Source of the DNA: Clostridia bacterium
GTDB lineage: Bacteria; Bacillota; Clostridia; Oscillospirales; CAG-382
DNA length: 40,744 nt
Direction of reading: 5' to 3'
NCBI GenBank assembly: GCA_017549925.1
Contig: JAFYNA010000164.1
Coordinates: 1-40,744, forward strand
Shown in pieces: positions 28,013-37,264 of this stretch. The translations under genes were made by a program, and so were the position numbers. Position 1 is the stretch's first letter. The number at the start of each line of letters is the position of its first letter. A model generated the notes under the pieces. That model was not told where the DNA came from. It searched no databases and saw only the letters and a program-made list of their open reading frames with translations.

Positions 28013-29392
28013 TTATTCTGCTTCCTTCAAGGGCTTGATCTTCTTGCGGTAGATGCGGGCGAAGAGGATGAGCGTTGCCGCCAAGCTGATAAATTCCGCG
28101 ATGACGAAGGACCACCAGACGTTGTCCACCACCCCGGTAAGGCTTAAGAGGTAGGCCGCAGGGAGCAACACCACCAGCTGTCTGCTCACAGACACGACGG
28201 TGGAATAGAAGCCGTTGCCCAAGGCCTGGAAGGATGCGGAGAGGGCGATTGCCACCGCCGCAATGGGGAAGGACCAGCTGATGGTACGCAACGCAGGCAT
28301 ACCGATGGCAAGAAACTCCTCGTTGGCGTTGAACAGATTCAAAAGGAAGTCCGGCGCCAGCTGGAAGGTGAGCCAGCCCGCGATCATAACGCCCAAGGCG
28401 ATGCCGCAGGTCAGCTTTAAGGTGCGGGTAATACGGGAGGGCTTGCGGTAGCCGTAGTTAAAGGCCACGATGGAGATGCAGGCGTTGTTCATACCGAAGA
28501 TAGGCATGAAGAAGAAGCTCTGGATCTTGTAGTAGATGCCGAAGACGCCCGTCGCCACCTCGGAGAAGCCCTGCAGAATGCGGTTGATGCCGAAGTTCAT
28601 GGCGGCACCGATGGCCATCATAATGGCAGAGGGCACACCGATGGAGAGGATCTCACGGATATAGCTCCACTTGGGTGCTAAATAGGAGAGGCGGAAATCC
28701 ACGTCCTTGTTACACTTCAGGTTGAAGAACAGCGCCAAGATCGCCGCAACCCACTGACCGATGACGGTGGCAACTGCCGCGCCTGCCAGCCCCATTTCGG
28801 GAATGCCCAGAGCGGGAACACCGAAGATGAACACGGGGTCGAGGATAATGTTCAGCACCGCGCCGGTACCCTGGGTGTATAGGGTATAGACGGTTCTGCC
28901 CGTGGCTTGTAGCATACGCTCCAGCACTACCTCAAAGACGATGCCCGCGATCCAGATACAGCAAATGGACACGTAGGCGGAGCCGCCGTCGACGGTAAAG
29001 GGCACGTCGGACTGCATCTCAAAGAAGGGGCGTGCACCGAAGAATCCGAAGAGCATAAACAGCACGGTGACGATGGCAGAAAGGAAAAGACCGTTCCCTG
29101 CCACACGGCTGCCCCGTTCTCTCTGCCCCTCGCCCAAAAAGCGGGAAAGCAGTGCGTTCACACCCACGCCTACGCCGGTGGCAAAGCCGATCTGCAGGTT
29201 TTGGATGGGGAACGCCAGAGAAAGTGCCGTGGCGGCATCCGGGTTGTATTGGGTGACGTAAATACTGTCGATGATATTATAGAGCGCCTGCACCAGCATG
29301 GAGCTGATGAGGGGCCACGCCATGTTCAGAAGGAGCTTGCCCTCCGGCATGACGGCCATTTTGTTTTCGCTTGTGTTAACGGTCTTGGTCAT
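28013..29392 (-). CDS. MATE family efflux transporter
   Basis: About 12 TM helices. The N-terminus LLNMAWPLISSMLVQALYNIIDSIYV is typical of MatE. TAAGGA RBS. The start lies 23 nt downstream of the DUF1667 gene, so co-transcription is likely. Confidence 0.9.
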   Translation of the reverse strand: MTKTVNTSENKMAVMPEGKLLLNMAWPLISSMLVQALYNIIDSIYVTQYNPDAATALSLAFPIQNLQIGFATGVGVGVNALLSRFLGEGQRERGSRVAGNGLFLSAIVTVLFMLFGFFGARPFFEMQSDVPFTVDGGSAYVSICCIWIAGIVFEVVLERMLQATGRTVYTLYTQGTGAVLNIILDPVFIFGVPALGIPEMGLAGAAVATVIGQWVAAILALFFNLKCNKDVDFRLSYLAPKWSYIREILSIGVPSAIMMAIGAAMNFGINRILQGFSEVATGVFGIYYKIQSFFFMPIFGMNNACISIVAFNYGYRKPSRITRTLKLTCGIALGVMIAGWLTFQLAPDFLLNLFNANEEFLAIGMPALRTISWSFPIAAVAIALSASFQALGNGFYSTVVSVSRQLVVLLPAAYLLSLTGVVDNVWWSFVIAEFISLAATLILFARIYRKKIKPLKEAE

Positions 29393-29415
29393 AAAGCGTC
29401 CTTAGGTTTGGATTT

Positions 29416-29766
29416 TCAGCAGAGATCTGCGGTGGCCACCAGATTGGCGCCAAAGAGGTCTGCCAAGAGAACGTCGCCGATCTTTGCGGTATCGGGGGCG
29501 GCCAGACGGTTGACCTGCTCCATGGCATCAAAGAGATGCTCCTTGGGGATGGGCTTATCCGTCTTTACGGGGAGAAGCTTGCCGCTTACGGTTCTCACGG
29601 TGGTGGTCAGGGTACGGACAGGGTGCAAAAGCTCGTTTTCACCGTAAACCGCGCCTCTGGGGCAGGTGTTGCCGGTAACGGAAAGGATCTTGCCTTCCTC
29701 ATCCTGGGTGACGGTGAGGGTACAGCCCATGGGGCAGACGATACAAGTCAGCTCGGTTGTTTTCAT
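29416..29766 (-). CDS. DUF1667 domain protein (Cys-rich partner of the glpA-like oxidoreductases)
   Basis: ORF 29416..29790 starts at TTG; the ATG at 29766 lies 8 nt after GGAAAGGAAGG. CIVCPMGC...GNTCPRG motifs. Confidence 0.8.
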   Translation of the reverse strand: MKTTELTCIVCPMGCTLTVTQDEEGKILSVTGNTCPRGAVYGENELLHPVRTLTTTVRTVSGKLLPVKTDKPIPKEHLFDAMEQVNRLAAPDTAKIGDVLLADLFGANLVATADLC

Positions 29767-29786
29767 CGCTTTTACCTTCCTTTCCG

Positions 29787-31028
29787 TCAATCTACGCTAA
29801 CCGTCAGTTCGCCCTCAGCCTCGGCAAGAAGCTTTGCGGAAAGACGGACAGATTCCATTTCGCCGGGGGTCATACGGCGCTTTTTCTTGGTGAGAAGCAC
29901 CTTTTCGCCGCATTTCACGGTAAGCACGGCGTTATCTGCCACGCTACCCACACGGAAGAACAGGGCTACCTCCTGAGAGGCGCTGTCAATGCGCTGAGGA
30001 ACGGTGTAACGCACCTTGCCTGCCGCCTTGACGGTGAGGGAGGCGTCCTTGGCGGGGGCGTTCCCCTGAATGTATGCCGCGGCGGCATTGCCTGCCAGAA
30101 CCGCTTCCTCGGAAACAAAGTCCACCAGATCGTGTACGTGCAGAACGTTACCGCAGGCGAAGACGCCTTCCAACGCGGTTTCTCTGTTCTGGTTGACCGT
30201 TGCGCCGCCGGTGATGCCGTCCAAGGGGATGCCTGCGGACTTGGTCAGCTCGTTTTCGGGGAGCAGACCGCAGGAGAGGAGCAAAGTGTCGCAGGGGATA
30301 TAGGTCTCGGTCTCGGGGATCACCTGCAGGCGTTCGTCCACCCCCGCGATGGAGACACCGGTGACACGCTCCTTACCGTGAATGCGGGAGACGGTGGTGC
30401 TGAGGTGCAGGGGAATGTCAAAATCCTGCAAGCACTGCACGATGTTGCGGTTCAGGCCGCCGGAATAAGGCATCAGCTCGCAAACGGCCTTTACCTTAGC
30501 CCCCTCCAGGGTCATACGGCGGGCCATGATCAAGCCGATGTCGCCGGAGCCAAGAATAACGACTTCTTTACCGGGGAGGTACCCCTCCATGTTCACAAAT
30601 CTCTGGGCCGTGCCGGCGGTAAAGATACCTGCGGGACGGGTGCCGGGAATATTGAGGGCGCCTCTGGGACGCTCTCTGCAGCCCATGGCAAGGATCACCG
30701 CGGTAGCCTCCAGGGTGAAGATGCCCATCTGCTTGTTCATGGCGGTGACGGTTTTATCGGGAGAAACGGAAAGCACCATGGTGCCGCAGAGGGACTCGAT
30801 GCCTCTTTCCTGTACCTGCTTGGCGTAACGTGCGGCGTATTCGGGGCCGGTCAGCTCCTCGCCGAAGCGGTGGAGACCGAAGCCGTTGTGGATACACTGC
30901 TGTAAGATACCGCCCAAGGAGGTATCTCTCTCCAAGATCAAAATATCGCGGACACCGCTGTCATAAGCGGCTACGGCGGCGGCAAGGCCTGCGGGGCCTC
31001 CGCCGATGATCACAAGATCCTTTTTCAT
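29787..31028 (-). CDS. FAD/NAD(P)-dependent pyridine nucleotide-disulfide-type oxidoreductase
   Basis: ORF 29787..31160. The internal ATG at 31028 (MKKDLVIIGGGPAGLAAA, a Rossmann GxGxxG) overlaps the upstream stop by 4 nt. A second dinucleotide site reads VVILGSGDIG. Confidence 0.85.
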   Translation of the reverse strand: MKKDLVIIGGGPAGLAAAVAAYDSGVRDILILERDTSLGGILQQCIHNGFGLHRFGEELTGPEYAARYAKQVQERGIESLCGTMVLSVSPDKTVTAMNKQMGIFTLEATAVILAMGCRERPRGALNIPGTRPAGIFTAGTAQRFVNMEGYLPGKEVVILGSGDIGLIMARRMTLEGAKVKAVCELMPYSGGLNRNIVQCLQDFDIPLHLSTTVSRIHGKERVTGVSIAGVDERLQVIPETETYIPCDTLLLSCGLLPENELTKSAGIPLDGITGGATVNQNRETALEGVFACGNVLHVHDLVDFVSEEAVLAGNAAAAYIQGNAPAKDASLTVKAAGKVRYTVPQRIDSASQEVALFFRVGSVADNAVLTVKCGEKVLLTKKKRRMTPGEMESVRLSAKLLAEAEGELTVSVD

Positions 31029-32470
31029 TCTGCTACCTCCTTGGTTTTCTCGATCAGAAGGTTGCTGCCGAGGGTGCTCTTTTGCACCTCCATGGGGGAA
31101 ATGCCCAGCTCTCTGGCCAAGATCTCCACCAAAAGCGGGGTACAGAAGCCGCCCTGGCATCTGCCCATACCGCTACGGAGACGGTGCTTCAGCCCGTCCA
31201 GGGTAGTGGCCTTGGGGGCGCGGTGGATGGCATCCACGATCTCGCCCTCGGTCACCGTTTCGCAACGGCAGACCACCCGTCCGAAGGCGGGATTTTCACG
31301 GATCACAGCGTTCTTTTCCTCCATGGAGAGGGAAGAGAACCAATGGTAGGACTTCCGCTTGCCGTCAAACGCCTCGTTCTTCTCCAAGGGCAAGCCTGCC
31401 TCTGCCAACAGCTGTACCGCAAAGGGAGCGATGGCGGGGGCGGAGGAAAGACCGGGGGACTCGATACCTGCCACGTGGAGGAATTTGGCATCCTTCTCGG
31501 AGAAGCGGATGATGAAATCCTCTTCGTTGGGCACGCTTCTCACTCCGGTGAAGGAGGTGATCACAGCGCGGAAGTTGAGGTTGGGTACGGAACGCATCGC
31601 GGTGCTCCGCACGAAGGCAAGACCCTCTCTGGTGGTGGAGGTGTCGGCTTTATCCTCGATGTTCAGGGCAGTGGGGCCTACCAGCAGATTGCCGTGGACG
31701 GTAGGAGTGACCAAAATACCCTTGCCCATCTCGTTGGGAGTTTGGAAAATGGTGTGGGAAACGGTTTCGCCCTCGGATTTATCCAACAGCAGATACTCTC
31801 CCGCACGGGGCTTGATGGAAAAGCTGTCGTCGCCCACCAGCCGTGCCACCTCGTCGGAGCGTATGCCCGCGCAGTTCAGCACGTAATCAGCCTCTACGGT
31901 ATGCTCCCCGCAGGTGAGAATAAACTTCTCGCCCTGCTTTTGGATGGCGGTAACGGGGGAAGCAAGCAAAAGCTCCGCGCCGTTGTCCACAGCGTTGCCT
32001 GCCGCGGCAACTGCCAGAGAGTAGGGGCAGACGATCCCCGCAGAGGAGCAGAGCAACGCGCCCACTGCCTCCTTGGAAATGTTGGGCTCCAATGCCTGCA
32101 GCTCTTCCGCGTTCAGCACGGAAAGACCGGGCACGCCGTTTTCCATACCGCGAGCATACAGCTTGCGGACGTGCTCCATCTCCTTTTCGGAGAAGGCCAG
32201 CACCAAGGAGCCGTTGTTCTTGTAGGATACCCCCAGGTCTTCTGCCAGGGAGGGCATCATAGCGGCACCCTTGACGTTCAGCTTTGCCTTCAAGGTTCCG
32301 GGGACGGGGTCAAATCCGCCGTGGACGATGGCGCTGTTGGCACCGGTGGCTCCCGTGGCAATGTCCTCTCTTGCTTCAATAAGCACCACGTTGAGACAGT
32401 ATTTTGTTAATTCTCTGGCGATCAGGCTACCTACGACACCCCCGCCGATAACGGCTACCGTTGGTTTCAT
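31025..32470 (-). CDS. FAD-dependent oxidoreductase, GlpA / glycerol-3-phosphate dehydrogenase-like, with a BFD-like [2Fe-2S] domain
   Basis: ORF 31025..32512; the ATG at 32470 (MKPTVAVIGGGVVGS) follows AAGAGGTG. The C-terminal CRCETVTEGEI...GRCQGGFC is a BFD-type Cys motif. Confidence 0.85.
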   Translation of the reverse strand: MKPTVAVIGGGVVGSLIARELTKYCLNVVLIEAREDIATGATGANSAIVHGGFDPVPGTLKAKLNVKGAAMMPSLAEDLGVSYKNNGSLVLAFSEKEMEHVRKLYARGMENGVPGLSVLNAEELQALEPNISKEAVGALLCSSAGIVCPYSLAVAAAGNAVDNGAELLLASPVTAIQKQGEKFILTCGEHTVEADYVLNCAGIRSDEVARLVGDDSFSIKPRAGEYLLLDKSEGETVSHTIFQTPNEMGKGILVTPTVHGNLLVGPTALNIEDKADTSTTREGLAFVRSTAMRSVPNLNFRAVITSFTGVRSVPNEEDFIIRFSEKDAKFLHVAGIESPGLSSAPAIAPFAVQLLAEAGLPLEKNEAFDGKRKSYHWFSSLSMEEKNAVIRENPAFGRVVCRCETVTEGEIVDAIHRAPKATTLDGLKHRLRSGMGRCQGGFCTPLLVEILARELGISPMEVQKSTLGSNLLIEKTKEVAE

Positions 32471-32515
32471 GCTTCGCACACCTCTTTTTTCAAGTATTGT
32501 TAATAATAACATCTT

Positions 32516-32544
32516 ATTCTATCACAATCTTCCGCGGAAATCAA
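32516..32544 (-). promoter_or_regulatory. candidate promoter of the glpA-like operon
   Basis: On the minus strand: TTGATT (32544-32539), 17-nt spacer, TAGAAT (32521-32516). Confidence 0.5.
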
Positions 32545-32616
32545 CCGCAAAAAGCCTTATTTTTCTTGGTTTTACAGGAAAATTTTTATGCATAGCAAAA
32601 CCGGCGCAAAAGCAAA

Positions 32617-32648
32617 AGAAAAAGGAGCCGAGCGTGCGGCTCGGCTCC
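32617..32648 (-). terminator. intrinsic terminator after zinc-ribbon membrane gene 1
   Basis: GGAGCCGAGC (32624-32633) pairs with GCTCGGCTCC (32639-32648), and a T-run follows on the minus strand. Confidence 0.75.
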
Positions 32649-32662
32649 GTGGAGAGACGGGG

Positions 32663-33523
32663 TCAGCAGGTGAAATCCAAAGATTGATCCTGCGCGGGAT
32701 TTTGTGAAAGCTCCTTGGAAGCGTTCTGCAACAGCAGGGCGAAGCACACGTCGGAGGTAATGCTTGCCACAAGGGACAGAATGTTGAAAATACCGGGCAC
32801 GATGAATGCCATCCCCAACAGGGAAATGCCTGCGGAGATCCACAAGCTTATGGGGAGAAGAACGGAGATCTTGGCGGGAACATTGGCAAGCACAAACCAT
32901 TTAACAGAGGTGCAGGTTCTCAGCAGGGGCACGTAATACAAGAAGACGATGGCCACCAAAACCGCACCGATGGCCAGCATCACGCCGGCAAGAAAGCCCA
33001 GCAGTTCCTCTGCACTGTGTATGCCCAGCACCTCGTTCAAATATTCAACGCCCGCCTCGCTGTCGGGGTTGAGCTTGTACGCCTCCTCCAGCACCATGTC
33101 GGCCATATCCTTGGAGGAATTTAACACGGCGCTGTAAAGGAACATTACCGCGGCGGCAAGGGATGCCAGCACCAAGCTGATGATGGTACAGACCTTGATG
33201 ACGGTAAAGCCGGAGGAGGGGAAGGGGCCCACTTTGCCTTCCTGAGAAGCGATGAAGAGCAACGCGCCTGCCATCAGCCCGGGAAGTGCGGAGAGGATCA
33301 ATCCGAGGAAGAGCCCGCTTTGCAGGGTATTGACCAGGAACGTGAGGACGAAGGACACGCAGGTGGCCGTCAGGGCTACTCGGATCAGGGTATGATTCTT
33401 AAGCATGAACATGCGGAAAGCGGATGCACCGCCGGCGCCGAGGGGATTGATGTTTCCGCCGCAGGACATACAGTACTGCGCCCCGTCGAACATGGGAGAC
33501 CCGCATTTGGGACAGAATGCCAT
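32663..33523 (-). CDS. zinc-ribbon polytopic membrane protein (paralog 1)
   Basis: ORF 32663..33664; the ATG at 33523 follows AAAGGAGG. MAFCPKCGSPMFDGAQYCMSCG is a CxxC...CxxC ribbon, followed by about 6 hydrophobic helices. It is homologous along its full length to the upstream gene. Confidence 0.75.
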   Translation of the reverse strand: MAFCPKCGSPMFDGAQYCMSCGGNINPLGAGGASAFRMFMLKNHTLIRVALTATCVSFVLTFLVNTLQSGLFLGLILSALPGLMAGALLFIASQEGKVGPFPSSGFTVIKVCTIISLVLASLAAAVMFLYSAVLNSSKDMADMVLEEAYKLNPDSEAGVEYLNEVLGIHSAEELLGFLAGVMLAIGAVLVAIVFLYYVPLLRTCTSVKWFVLANVPAKISVLLPISLWISAGISLLGMAFIVPGIFNILSLVASITSDVCFALLLQNASKELSQNPAQDQSLDFTC

Positions 33524-33553
33524 AGAAAAACCTCCTTTTTCGTCTGTATTTAC

Positions 33554-33582
33554 AGTATAGCACAGGAAAAGAGCATCGTCAA
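33554..33582 (-). promoter_or_regulatory. promoter of paralog 1
   Basis: On the minus strand: TTGACG (33582-33577), 17-nt spacer, TG-n-TATACT (-10 at 33559-33554). Confidence 0.5.
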
Positions 33583-33604
33583 GAGCTTTTCTCCCCAAGC
33601 GCTT

Positions 33605-33636
33605 GAAAAAATCTCCCCACCGAGAGGGTGGGGAGA
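33605..33636 (-). terminator. intrinsic terminator after paralog 2
   Basis: TCTCCCCACC (33612-33621) pairs with GGTGGGGAGA (33627-33636), and T7 follows on the minus strand. Confidence 0.75.
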
Positions 33637-33653
33637 GAAAAGGGTCACGAAGA

Positions 33654-34478
33654 TCAGCGAACAAGCTCCTTCTTCGCTTTGAGGAGCAGCAGACCGCCGA
33701 TGGCAGTGCCGCCCATGGAGACCAGAGAGGACAGAATGGACATCACGCCGGTGGGGATGATAAACATAAAGATGAAGCTTACACCAACGGTGACAAACAT
33801 CATGATGGGCAGAATGGAAGGAACCTTTACGGGGCCGTCCAAGGTGACCGCGTTCTTCAGAGAGCTCAAATGCTTCAGCAGGGGGGCGCAGTACATAAAG
33901 ATCAGCAAAATGAAATAAACGGCACCCAAGAAGAGCAGAGTTCCCAGAAGACCGCAGAGCTCATCCCAACCGCTGATGTTCCAAGCGTCTACAAATTCTT
34001 CAAACAGCTCGTAGAACTCCTCGGATTCGTAGCTCAGCTCCCACAATACCTCGGAAATTGCATCCTGAGCGGCAAAGCACATCACGCTAAGCAGCAGAAG
34101 GGGCAACGTGCAAATGGCGTAAGCAACGAGTTCAATGATGGTGAAAACTTTTACGATGGTAAAGCCTGCGGTGGGGTAAGCACCGGTCTTGTTGGCTTGG
34201 GACCAGCAAAGGTATACGGCGTAAACCATCAGCCCGGAGATAGCGGTACCGAGCAGAGCCGGCAGGAAGCCTGCGCCTACGTTGGAAATGAAGCCCAAGA
34301 GCAAGCCCAAAGCCATGCAACCCATAAGAGCCAGGATCAACACATTGTTTTTGAGAGTGAATGCGCGAATTGCAGATGCGCCGGAGGGAGCAACGGGCTG
34401 ACCTACGCCTTGGCCGCAAGCCGTGCAGAAGGAAGCGCCGTCACCCATGGGGGCACCGCATTTGGTACAGAATGCCAT
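33654..34478 (-). CDS. zinc-ribbon polytopic membrane protein (paralog 2)
   Basis: MAFCTKCGAPMGDGASFCTACG ribbon and about 6 TM helices, with an acidic segment SYESEEFYELFEEFVDAW in the middle. GGAGG RBS. Confidence 0.75.
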   Translation of the reverse strand: MAFCTKCGAPMGDGASFCTACGQGVGQPVAPSGASAIRAFTLKNNVLILALMGCMALGLLLGFISNVGAGFLPALLGTAISGLMVYAVYLCWSQANKTGAYPTAGFTIVKVFTIIELVAYAICTLPLLLLSVMCFAAQDAISEVLWELSYESEEFYELFEEFVDAWNISGWDELCGLLGTLLFLGAVYFILLIFMYCAPLLKHLSSLKNAVTLDGPVKVPSILPIMMFVTVGVSFIFMFIIPTGVMSILSSLVSMGGTAIGGLLLLKAKKELVR

Positions 34479-34509
34479 AGAAAAACCTCCATAATTTTAT
34501 TGTTATCTT

Positions 34510-34538
34510 ATTATAACGCGCGTTCATGGATTTGTCAA
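34510..34538 (-). promoter_or_regulatory. consensus sigma-A promoter of paralog 2
   Basis: On the minus strand: TTGACA (34538-34533), 17-nt spacer, TATAAT (34515-34510). Both hexamers match the consensus exactly. Confidence 0.6.
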
Positions 34539-34646
34539 CTTTTCTTTGCGATTTTTTTACAAAATTATGGGTGCTTGCAGGACGGATTGGGGGAGAACAG
34601 GGCAAAACGCACCTCACCGACGGAAGCAAAAGGAAACACTTTCCCC

Positions 34647-34675
34647 TTGACGGACGGGGTAAATTGTGATATACT
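34647..34675 (+). promoter_or_regulatory. promoter of polA
   Basis: TTGACG (34647-34652), 17-nt spacer, TATACT (34670-34675). Confidence 0.55.
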
Positions 34676-34705
34676 ATATTTTGAATAACTATGTCGGAGG
34701 GCAAC

Positions 34706-37198
34706 ATGGAAAAGCTCATCGTTTTTGACGGCAACAGCATTCTCAACCGCGCCTTTTACGGGGTGCGCCCCCTTTCCAACAAGGAGGGGCTTCCCACCCA
34801 TGCGGTGTTCGGTTTTGTGAACATCATCCGCCGCGCCATCCAGGAGGCGGGGGAGAATTTGAAGTATGCCGCCATTGCCTTTGACCGCAAAGAGCCCACC
34901 TTCCGACACAAGGCTTGCGATTTTTACAAGGCCAACCGCAAGGGTATGCCCGAGGAGCTGGCTGTTCAGCTTCCCTTTGCCAAGGAGGTGGCTTCTGCCT
35001 TGGGGCTTACGGTGGTGGAGACCCCCGGCTTTGAGGCGGATGACATCATCGGCACGTTGACGGAGACCTTTTCCTCCCGTGGGACGGAGTGCATCATCGT
35101 CACGGGAGACAGAGACAGCTTTCAGCTGGTAAACGATCGGGTTACGGTGCATCTTGCCGCCAATAACGAGACCCGTATCACCGGGGTGAAGGAGATCTTT
35201 GATCTTTACGGCGTTGCGCCCAAGGGGCTTATTGAGATCAAGGCCATTATGGGCGACAGCTCCGACAACATTCCCGGGGTGGCGGGCATCGGCGAGAAGG
35301 GTGCCATCAAGCTCATCGATCAATACGGCAGTGTGGAAGGCGTTTATCAGCACTTGGATGAGATCAAGGGTGCCTTGCACGATAAATTGGAAAACGGCAA
35401 GGACATGGCCTTTACCTCCCGCTTCTTGGCGGAGATCCGTTTGGATGCTCCCGTGGCGTTGGAGGCGGAAGACTATCTCTATGAGGGGCAAAATGTGCCC
35501 GCTTTGCGTGAGCTGTATACCAAATTGGAGTTCCGCAAGCTTTTGGAGCAGCTTCCCGCCGAGGAAGCGTCCGCTCCCAAGGCCGACCTGCCTCAGGCGG
35601 TGGAATATCCGCCTGCTTCCCACGTGGAGGCGGAAATTCTGGCGGTGTTCCCCACAGAGGAGGGCATCAAGGCCTTTGACGGAACAAAGGGGTATTTGAT
35701 CTCTTGGGAGAATGCGCCCGCCCTTTTTGACAAAAAGAAAAGGGTGCTGGTGTGGTCGATCAAGGAGACCTTGCATATTCTTTGGAACAAGGGCGTTCAG
35801 CCGGAGAGTGACATGGAGGATCTCTCCTTGCTGGCCTATCTGTCCTCTCCTGCGGACAATGGCATCTCCTTTGCGGGAGCGGTGTTCCGCGCTACGGAGA
35901 CCACGGTGGAGGATCTTCCCGACCCGAGCTTATTCTTCTTGCTGCAGGAGACCTTCCGTCCTTCCTTGACGGAGGCTCTGGAAAAGTTGTACACCCGCGT
36001 GGAAAAGCCCCTTGCCTACGTGTTGGCGGAGATGGAAAAGGAAGGCTTCCTGCTGGACAAGGAGGGCTTGGAACGGTTCACCGCGGCGCTGGAAGAGGAA
36101 ATGGCGCTGTATACCCAGCAGATCTACGCTTTGGCGGGGCATCCCTTTAATATCAATTCTCCCAAGCAGTTGGGAGAGGTGCTGTTTGAGGAGCGGAAGC
36201 TTCCTCACTACAAAAAGACAAAATCCGGCTATTCCACCGACGCGGAGACCCTGGAAAAGCTGGCGCTTTACGATCCCTTGGTGCAGTTGATTTTGGATTA
36301 CCGCAAGGCGGCAAAGCTGAAATCCACCTACGGCGAGGGACTTCTGAAGGTGATCTCCGATGACGGAAGAGTGCATACCACCTTCAAGCAGACCATGACC
36401 ATGACGGGCAGACTTTCCTCCGCAGAGCCCAATTTGCAGAACATCCCCGTCCGTACGGAAAAGGGGAGGGAGCTGCGGAAGTTCTTCACCGCAAAAGAGG
36501 GATGCGTGCTGGTGGATGCGGACTATTCCCAGATCGAGCTGAGATTGCTCGCCCACATTTCCGGAGACGAGGCACTTTGCACCGCCTTCCGCGAGGGAGC
36601 GGACATTCATACCGCCACGGCGGCTCAGGTGTACGGCGTGCCCATGGAAATGGTGACGGGGGAGATGCGAAAATCCGCCAAGGCGGTGAATTTCGGTATC
36701 ATCTACGGCATCGGGGAGTATTCCTTGTCCCAGGACATTGGCGTTTCCGTCAAGGAAGCGAAGAGCTTTATCGCCAGATATTTTGAGAAATATCCCGCCA
36801 TTCGGGACTATATGGAATGGGCGAAATCCTTTGCCGCAGAGCATGGCTACGTGGAAACACTGTACGGCAGACGGCGGGAGATCCCCGAGATGAAGCAGAC
36901 CAACAAGATGCGCCGCGCCTTTGGCGAACGGGTTGCCATGAACACGCCCATTCAGGGAACGGCGGCGGATCTCATCAAGATTGCCATGATCCGCGTTGAC
37001 CACGCCTTGAAGAAGGCGGGCTTGAAGGCCAAGCTGATCCTGCAGATCCACGACGAACTGATCGTGGAGTCTCCCGTGGAGGAGGCAGAGCAGGTAATGG
37101 CGCTTCTGGAAAAAGAAATGATCGGTGCGGACACCTTTGCCGTGCCGTTGGTGGCGGATGCTAAAATGGGCAAGCGCTGGTACGACGCAAAAGACTGA
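34706..37198 (+). CDS. polA: DNA polymerase I
   Basis: ORF 34691..37198; the ATG at 34706 (MEKLIVFDGNS) lies 5 nt after GGAGG. The protein has a 5' nuclease domain and polymerase motifs DYSQIELR, RKSAKAVNFGIIYG and QIHDELIVE. Confidence 0.95.
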   Translation: MEKLIVFDGNSILNRAFYGVRPLSNKEGLPTHAVFGFVNIIRRAIQEAGENLKYAAIAFDRKEPTFRHKACDFYKANRKGMPEELAVQLPFAKEVASALGLTVVETPGFEADDIIGTLTETFSSRGTECIIVTGDRDSFQLVNDRVTVHLAANNETRITGVKEIFDLYGVAPKGLIEIKAIMGDSSDNIPGVAGIGEKGAIKLIDQYGSVEGVYQHLDEIKGALHDKLENGKDMAFTSRFLAEIRLDAPVALEAEDYLYEGQNVPALRELYTKLEFRKLLEQLPAEEASAPKADLPQAVEYPPASHVEAEILAVFPTEEGIKAFDGTKGYLISWENAPALFDKKKRVLVWSIKETLHILWNKGVQPESDMEDLSLLAYLSSPADNGISFAGAVFRATETTVEDLPDPSLFFLLQETFRPSLTEALEKLYTRVEKPLAYVLAEMEKEGFLLDKEGLERFTAALEEEMALYTQQIYALAGHPFNINSPKQLGEVLFEERKLPHYKKTKSGYSTDAETLEKLALYDPLVQLILDYRKAAKLKSTYGEGLLKVISDDGRVHTTFKQTMTMTGRLSSAEPNLQNIPVRTEKGRELRKFFTAKEGCVLVDADYSQIELRLLAHISGDEALCTAFREGADIHTATAAQVYGVPMEMVTGEMRKSAKAVNFGIIYGIGEYSLSQDIGVSVKEAKSFIARYFEKYPAIRDYMEWAKSFAAEHGYVETLYGRRREIPEMKQTNKMRRAFGERVAMNTPIQGTAADLIKIAMIRVDHALKKAGLKAKLILQIHDELIVESPVEEAEQVMALLEKEMIGADTFAVPLVADAKMGKRWYDAKD

Positions 37199-37264
37199 TA
37201 GCTGATTGCAAAACTGTGTTTTGCAGACGGCTAATTGATGCAAAAGATTAAGGAGACGTTATCT

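Noticed and set aside
25886-28147. A 753-aa ORF on the plus strand.
   Set aside because: It is antisense to the lipoprotein metallophosphoesterase and crosses the 27908-28012 intergenic region, with its promoter and terminator, into the MATE gene. It shows the same antisense-type composition.
31029-31160. N-terminal extensions in the ORF track here, and likewise at 32471-32512, 33524-33664, 25216-25251, 29767-29790 and 20546-20584.
   Set aside because: In each case an internal ATG with a well-spaced Shine-Dalgarno gives the canonical family N-terminus (a Rossmann GxGxxG, MAFC.KCG, MWSYEKK, or a signal/TM start). The extension overlaps the upstream gene or the promoter.
37199-37264. A hairpin TGCAAAAC-TGT-GTTTTGCA after polA, considered as a possible terminator, T-box or riboswitch ahead of asnB.
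   Set aside because: The 66-nt gap is too short for a T-box or any known riboswitch. The AT-rich 8-bp stem has no following T-run. It is more likely a weak structure within a polA-asnB co-transcript.
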